Below the pieces are notes generated by a model. That model ran no database searches and was not told where the DNA came from. It saw nothing but the letters and a program-made list of their open reading frames with translations. 64,000 nt of DNA, from sequence record PQ615101. One strand, 5' to 3'. This document shows positions 59,976-64,000 of the stretch, piece after piece. This DNA comes from Shigella phage SP21535. Both the position numbers and the translations under genes were made by a program. Position 1 is the stretch's first letter. Each line of letters starts with the position of its first letter.

Positions 59976-59998
59976 AAAAAGGGAACCCGAAGGCTCCC
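59976..59998 (-). terminator. Intrinsic terminator after gene 35 (- strand: GGGAGCC-UUCG-GGUUCCC plus U-run)
   Basis: Stem at 59981-59998 with one G.U pair; T-run corresponds to + strand AAAAA at 59976-59980. Confidence 0.55.
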
Positions 59999-60003
59999 TC
60001 AAT

Positions 60004-61119
60004 TTATACTTCTCTAAATTCTTGCCCAAACACTTTACCAGTTTTAGACGATGCTTGCGTAGGAAGTACCATTATATCCGGAGGTGAAGCAGATTCACAG
60101 ATATAATTAACACGAATACCATTGACGCCAAATTCAGCAGGTTTCGAAATACCTCCATTTCTTGACACCTCAGAAAAGCTTAAATTTCTCATGCCACCTT
60201 GACCGGCTTGTGCAGTTCTTTGTGCGTATATCGTAAATCCCACAGCGTTTTCTGGAACAACTACATAATCTTCCTTTAATTCCCAAGACCCAGCTTGTCC
60301 GGTAAACTCAGCTTGTGTTGAAGAAATATATCCATTTGATGCATTATAAAAACGGATAGATATATTTGTAGTTCCAAGCGCAAGTAAATCTGCATCGGCA
60401 TATAACTGAGCTTTAAGATAAAGAACATCGCCAGGAATTAAATTATAGTCAGATAATTTACTTATAGCAGCTGAAGTTGGCAATCGCGCAATTTCGTTAT
60501 TAGTTCCACCAACCGCTGACATAAATTGCTCAACGCTTTCATATGTTCTTCTTGGAAAGCCGGTAGCTCCAACGTCTTCTAAACTGTCAAATACAACATC
60601 TAAAATAGTTTGATAATCATCTGTGCTTTTTCTATTACTTAATTTAACATGCTCTAATGCAATAGCTCTTTTAGAAGAAGTGTAAAAAGCAGCATATGAT
60701 ACGTCGAATCTTGACAATATAGAATCAGATGGAAAAGCAGACGTTCCTGCGGTTCTTAACCAAGACACCACTTCAGGAGGAAAATTAACCTTTCCACTAG
60801 TTAATATAGCAACAATTCGATTATTCGTCAAAGAATTCATGAAACTAACAAAAGCAGCTGATGTAGTATCATTTGAAGTCGAAAAAGCATATGACTTACT
60901 ATCAACTAATGCTCCTGTAGAAGGGTCAAAAACTCTTAAATGAAGACCTGCATTAAATGTTTGATTTCCGACAGGATTATCCTGAAATTTAACGTATGGT
61001 CCTGATGTAGAAAGCGGGCAAGAACCCGCTATACTTATTTTGTATCTTACTGAATTACTTTCCGATAAAAATGGCGTTTGGACGTATCCTTGTCCAAACT
61101 CTGCCATAAATTTTTCCAT
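60004..61119 (-). CDS. 35: Long tail fiber hinge connector gp35
   Basis: ORF track, 371 aa (T4 gp35 is 372 aa). Confidence 0.85.
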   Translation of the reverse strand: MEKFMAEFGQGYVQTPFLSESNSVRYKISIAGSCPLSTSGPYVKFQDNPVGNQTFNAGLHLRVFDPSTGALVDSKSYAFSTSNDTTSAAFVSFMNSLTNNRIVAILTSGKVNFPPEVVSWLRTAGTSAFPSDSILSRFDVSYAAFYTSSKRAIALEHVKLSNRKSTDDYQTILDVVFDSLEDVGATGFPRRTYESVEQFMSAVGGTNNEIARLPTSAAISKLSDYNLIPGDVLYLKAQLYADADLLALGTTNISIRFYNASNGYISSTQAEFTGQAGSWELKEDYVVVPENAVGFTIYAQRTAQAGQGGMRNLSFSEVSRNGGISKPAEFGVNGIRVNYICESASPPDIMVLPTQASSKTGKVFGQEFREV

Positions 61120-61127
61120 AATACCTC

Positions 61128-64000
61128 TTATTCAACCCATTCAAATTTAACCGTTTTATTCACTGGGTCAGGAATAATGCGAACATTACCAATTCGTAAG
61201 AAATCACGAATAGTAAGATTCCCCATTGTAGCATTATCAGATGGTAAAGCACCAATATCAGATGGTTGAGGAGGGTTACCTCCGTCAAATACCTGAACAA
61301 AACTTGACCAGGAGTTTTTGGTTTTCTGCCATGTACGCGTCCAGCGAGTGGTACGCGCTTCTGGAGTCGTTGGATAAGTAATCCAATCTTGGTAAAGCGA
61401 ATCAAGTGTGTTACCAAACTGAGTCAATGTACCAGGAGATTTAACCTCTTCTCCGCGTTCTAAGTATGGAAGTCCAGTCACTTCATTAGTTTTTTCAACC
61501 ATTTTAAAATAACCTGGGAACTGGTTATAAGTAGCTGAATCATTAATGTCAATTGACCAGAATCCTACAGTATCAGATGTTGGCGCACGGGTGTATAGGT
61601 CAGATGTTTTAGTACCTTGAGAACGAATTCTCGAGTTAACTGTTAAACCACCTGAATTTATAGTAGCACCTTTGGCAATGATTAATCTTTCACCAATCGT
61701 TACTTGACCAGATGCATTATTAATAGCTAAAGGACGTAATCCATTAAATCCGCCAGTCTGATCACCCGATGCAGTGAGCATAAAATATGTGCTTCCGCCA
61801 TCATTCCTGATAAAGAATCCATAATTACCATTTATTGCTCTAAAGGCATTTGCTGATTTACTGGTGAATTCGCCATTAGCAGTAACTGAACGACCGAATG
61901 TTGCAGTGCCATTCACATTCATCAAACCGGAAGCATTAACATTTATTGGCATTACAGTACCGTTAATGCTAAACGTTATATTCCCAGCTTTATTGCGTTG
62001 AGAATAAAAGTGATTAGACGTTTCATCACCAACTTCAAATACAGTAGAACGTGTTGTATCTGAACCGCCACCAAACTGATTTCCCCAAACTCTGATATTC
62101 ATCGTCTGTGCTGGGTTAGTTCCAGTCTGAGGTCCTTTTTCAAAAATCAGACGAGTTGCTGTTCCAGCGTTAGAAATAGTTAATGTACTATTTGCCGAAA
62201 CTGATCCACCAAACGTAGCAGTACTAGATGATACAAGAGGGGCACTCAGATTCGTTTGTTGGGTTAAGGTTAGTGAACCATTAACCGTCTGTGCAATATC
62301 CCTACGAATGAACTGAGATGAATCTAGACCATCCAATAAATTTGTATCAGCAGCTTTTGCTTTTAACGGCAAATAATTTGCTAATACACGGTTTAATTCA
62401 TATGGTGATACCGCATAGCTATTTTTCTCATATGATTCTAACGGTTGTGTTGAACCTACCGTATCATTACCAACGAATGTAATTGAACCAGATGAAGTTT
62501 TAACAAAACCTCTTATCGCAGTAGTAGCCGCCCAGGTAGGTTCACTCTGCACAATCCATTTTAAATTTTTTGGAGATACAGCAGTATTTGCTGACGTTCC
62601 AGCCACAGTTTCAGACCGAGTCGCAACTTTAATAACACCTTCCTGTGCTTCAGTAGATTTAGTACCTAAAAGCTTTTTAGGAGTTATTAAAACATTATCT
62701 AATTTTCCTGCAGCAGCTTCAACCTGTGTAGCTACACGAAGTGTACCACGCTGTGTCTCATTTGCTTCAAGAATATTAAGGGTATAATGGTCCCAGAGAG
62801 TTCCTGATTCAACTAATCCAGATAGAGCAACAACAGAAGTACGATCAGTACTATTAAATCTAGTTTTAATTTTTAATGGTGTAGAGATACGAGTATCGTC
62901 GACGCCTGCGTCGAATTCAACTTGTGTAGCAATTTCAGCTATACCACTTAAACTTTCAGTTGCTTTACGATCATTTAAAGTTTTAGGAGTGACTGCACGA
63001 GTATAATCAGTTCCTGTATTAACTTCACTTTGCGTAGCAATTTCAATTAAACCAATTCTTCCATCAGTTGATGTCTTTTTATGTAACGTTTCTGGCGTTA
63101 CAACCGCATTTGCCCATCCTTCTTGACTTTTTCCAGCAATTACTTCACTTTCAACTGCTAAAATTACTGCACCTTGTTGTGTTGGAGTAGCTTTATACTG
63201 ATCCAAAGCTTTAGGCGAAACAACTAAATTATTAGTGTTTTTATTGTAAACATTTGTACCGTTTAATTCACGACTAGAAGCTGGAGTAGCTCCTGTAGTA
63301 GATACAAAAGTTACAATACCAGATAATGACTCAGAACCTTGTCGAGCTTGAAGCTTTTTAGGAGTGATGATTGTAGTATCATCAGTACCTGCATTAGTTT
63401 CCTGTTGCGTAGCAATTTCAGCAACACCTCTGCGAGTTTCTGTAGCAGTTCTTTCATTCAGCTTTTTAGGAGTAATGATAATATCATCAGCAAAAGAGAA
63501 TGTAGTGTTCTGGTTCACTTGAGCAGTAGTTGCTATTCTTGCGATACCTCTGCGAGTTTCTGTAGCAGTACGGTTAGCTAATGTTTCTGGTGTAATTGCT
63601 AATTCTTTTTGCGGAGAATTTTCTAAATCGACGTTAGCTTGAGCTTGTGTAGCTAAAGCAATTACGCCTAATCTTGCTCTAGTAGAATCATTTAAAGAAT
63701 CTACTCTTTCTACAGTTGGAACGTTTTGCTGTACAACCCAGTATTTTCCATCAGAATCTTCTATATAAGCAAGTTGTAAAACTGGAACATAATTAGTTTC
63801 ACCGTTAAAAACTAATTCTTGAACAGTTACCCATTTAGTTTCAGGTGGATATTCTGAACGTTTTGGGAATTGCAGCAATTGAACTGAAGAAGCAATTTTA
63901 TCTTCACCGGCAGCTTTGATTTTAACTGTTTGTCCTTTTCTCATGTAATTCATGGAAATTTTAACAGTATCACCAACAGAGATATCAGTAGGAAGCTGAA
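61128..64000 (-). CDS. 34: Long tail fiber proximal subunit gp34, C-terminal portion (5' end lies beyond the window edge)
   Basis: ORF track 61128..63953 begins at an internal Met; the frame stays open to position 64000 (...LPTDISVGDTVKIS-MNYMRKG). Confidence 0.9.
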   Translation of the reverse strand, partial: QLPTDISVGDTVKISMNYMRKGQTVKIKAAGEDKIASSVQLLQFPKRSEYPPETKWVTVQELVFNGETNYVPVLQLAYIEDSDGKYWVVQQNVPTVERVDSLNDSTRARLGVIALATQAQANVDLENSPQKELAITPETLANRTATETRRGIARIATTAQVNQNTTFSFADDIIITPKKLNERTATETRRGVAEIATQQETNAGTDDTTIITPKKLQARQGSESLSGIVTFVSTTGATPASSRELNGTNVYNKNTNNLVVSPKALDQYKATPTQQGAVILAVESEVIAGKSQEGWANAVVTPETLHKKTSTDGRIGLIEIATQSEVNTGTDYTRAVTPKTLNDRKATESLSGIAEIATQVEFDAGVDDTRISTPLKIKTRFNSTDRTSVVALSGLVESGTLWDHYTLNILEANETQRGTLRVATQVEAAAGKLDNVLITPKKLLGTKSTEAQEGVIKVATRSETVAGTSANTAVSPKNLKWIVQSEPTWAATTAIRGFVKTSSGSITFVGNDTVGSTQPLESYEKNSYAVSPYELNRVLANYLPLKAKAADTNLLDGLDSSQFIRRDIAQTVNGSLTLTQQTNLSAPLVSSSTATFGGSVSANSTLTISNAGTATRLIFEKGPQTGTNPAQTMNIRVWGNQFGGGSDTTRSTVFEVGDETSNHFYSQRNKAGNITFSINGTVMPINVNASGLMNVNGTATFGRSVTANGEFTSKSANAFRAINGNYGFFIRNDGGSTYFMLTASGDQTGGFNGLRPLAINNASGQVTIGERLIIAKGATINSGGLTVNSRIRSQGTKTSDLYTRAPTSDTVGFWSIDINDSATYNQFPGYFKMVEKTNEVTGLPYLERGEEVKSPGTLTQFGNTLDSLYQDWITYPTTPEARTTRWTRTWQKTKNSWSSFVQVFDGGNPPQPSDIGALPSDNATMGNLTIRDFLRIGNVRIIPDPVNKTVKFEWVE

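Overview
This window reads as a T-even (T4-like, Tevenvirinae) myovirus segment, mostly early and middle genes on the + strand (about 1-54 kb) followed by the late lysis and long-tail-fiber genes t, 38, 37, 36, 35, 34 on the - strand (about 54-64 kb). The orientation is the reverse complement of the conventional T4 map. Protein identities were assigned by my recognition of T4 proteins and exact or near-exact length matches; no database search was run. Recognised genes, in order: nrdD (interrupted by a group I intron carrying I-TevII), nrdG, nrdH-like, 55, alpha-gt, 47, 46, rpbA, 45, 44, 62, regA, 43, imm, 42, a glycosyltransferase at the beta-gt locus, uvsX, 40, 41, dmd, sp, 61, dam, 56, soc, modB, modA, srd, dda, dexA, 39, rIIA, rIIB, denB, ndd, stp, 52, motA, asiA, then t, 38, 37, 36, 35 and a partial 34. 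Several traits point to a T2/T6-type phage rather than T4 itself: gene 39 is one uninterrupted 605-codon ORF, gp38 is the glycine-rich adhesin type, two small ORFs sit between 56 and soc where T4 carries segF, and there is no mobB-sized gene between 55 and alpha-gt. The most unusual locus is uvsX (21890-24341): the recombinase is split into two ORFs at a canonical mini-intein, with the two intein halves on separate ORFs and a free-standing GIY-YIG homing-endonuclease gene between them. Other points worth a second look are a GIY-YIG endonuclease gene wedged between nrdD and nrdG, a PD-(D/E)xK-like ORF translationally coupled to dam plus a convergent antisense membrane ORF between genes 61 and dam, and a repeated early promoter-leader cassette. 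No tRNA, rRNA or CRISPR features were found.
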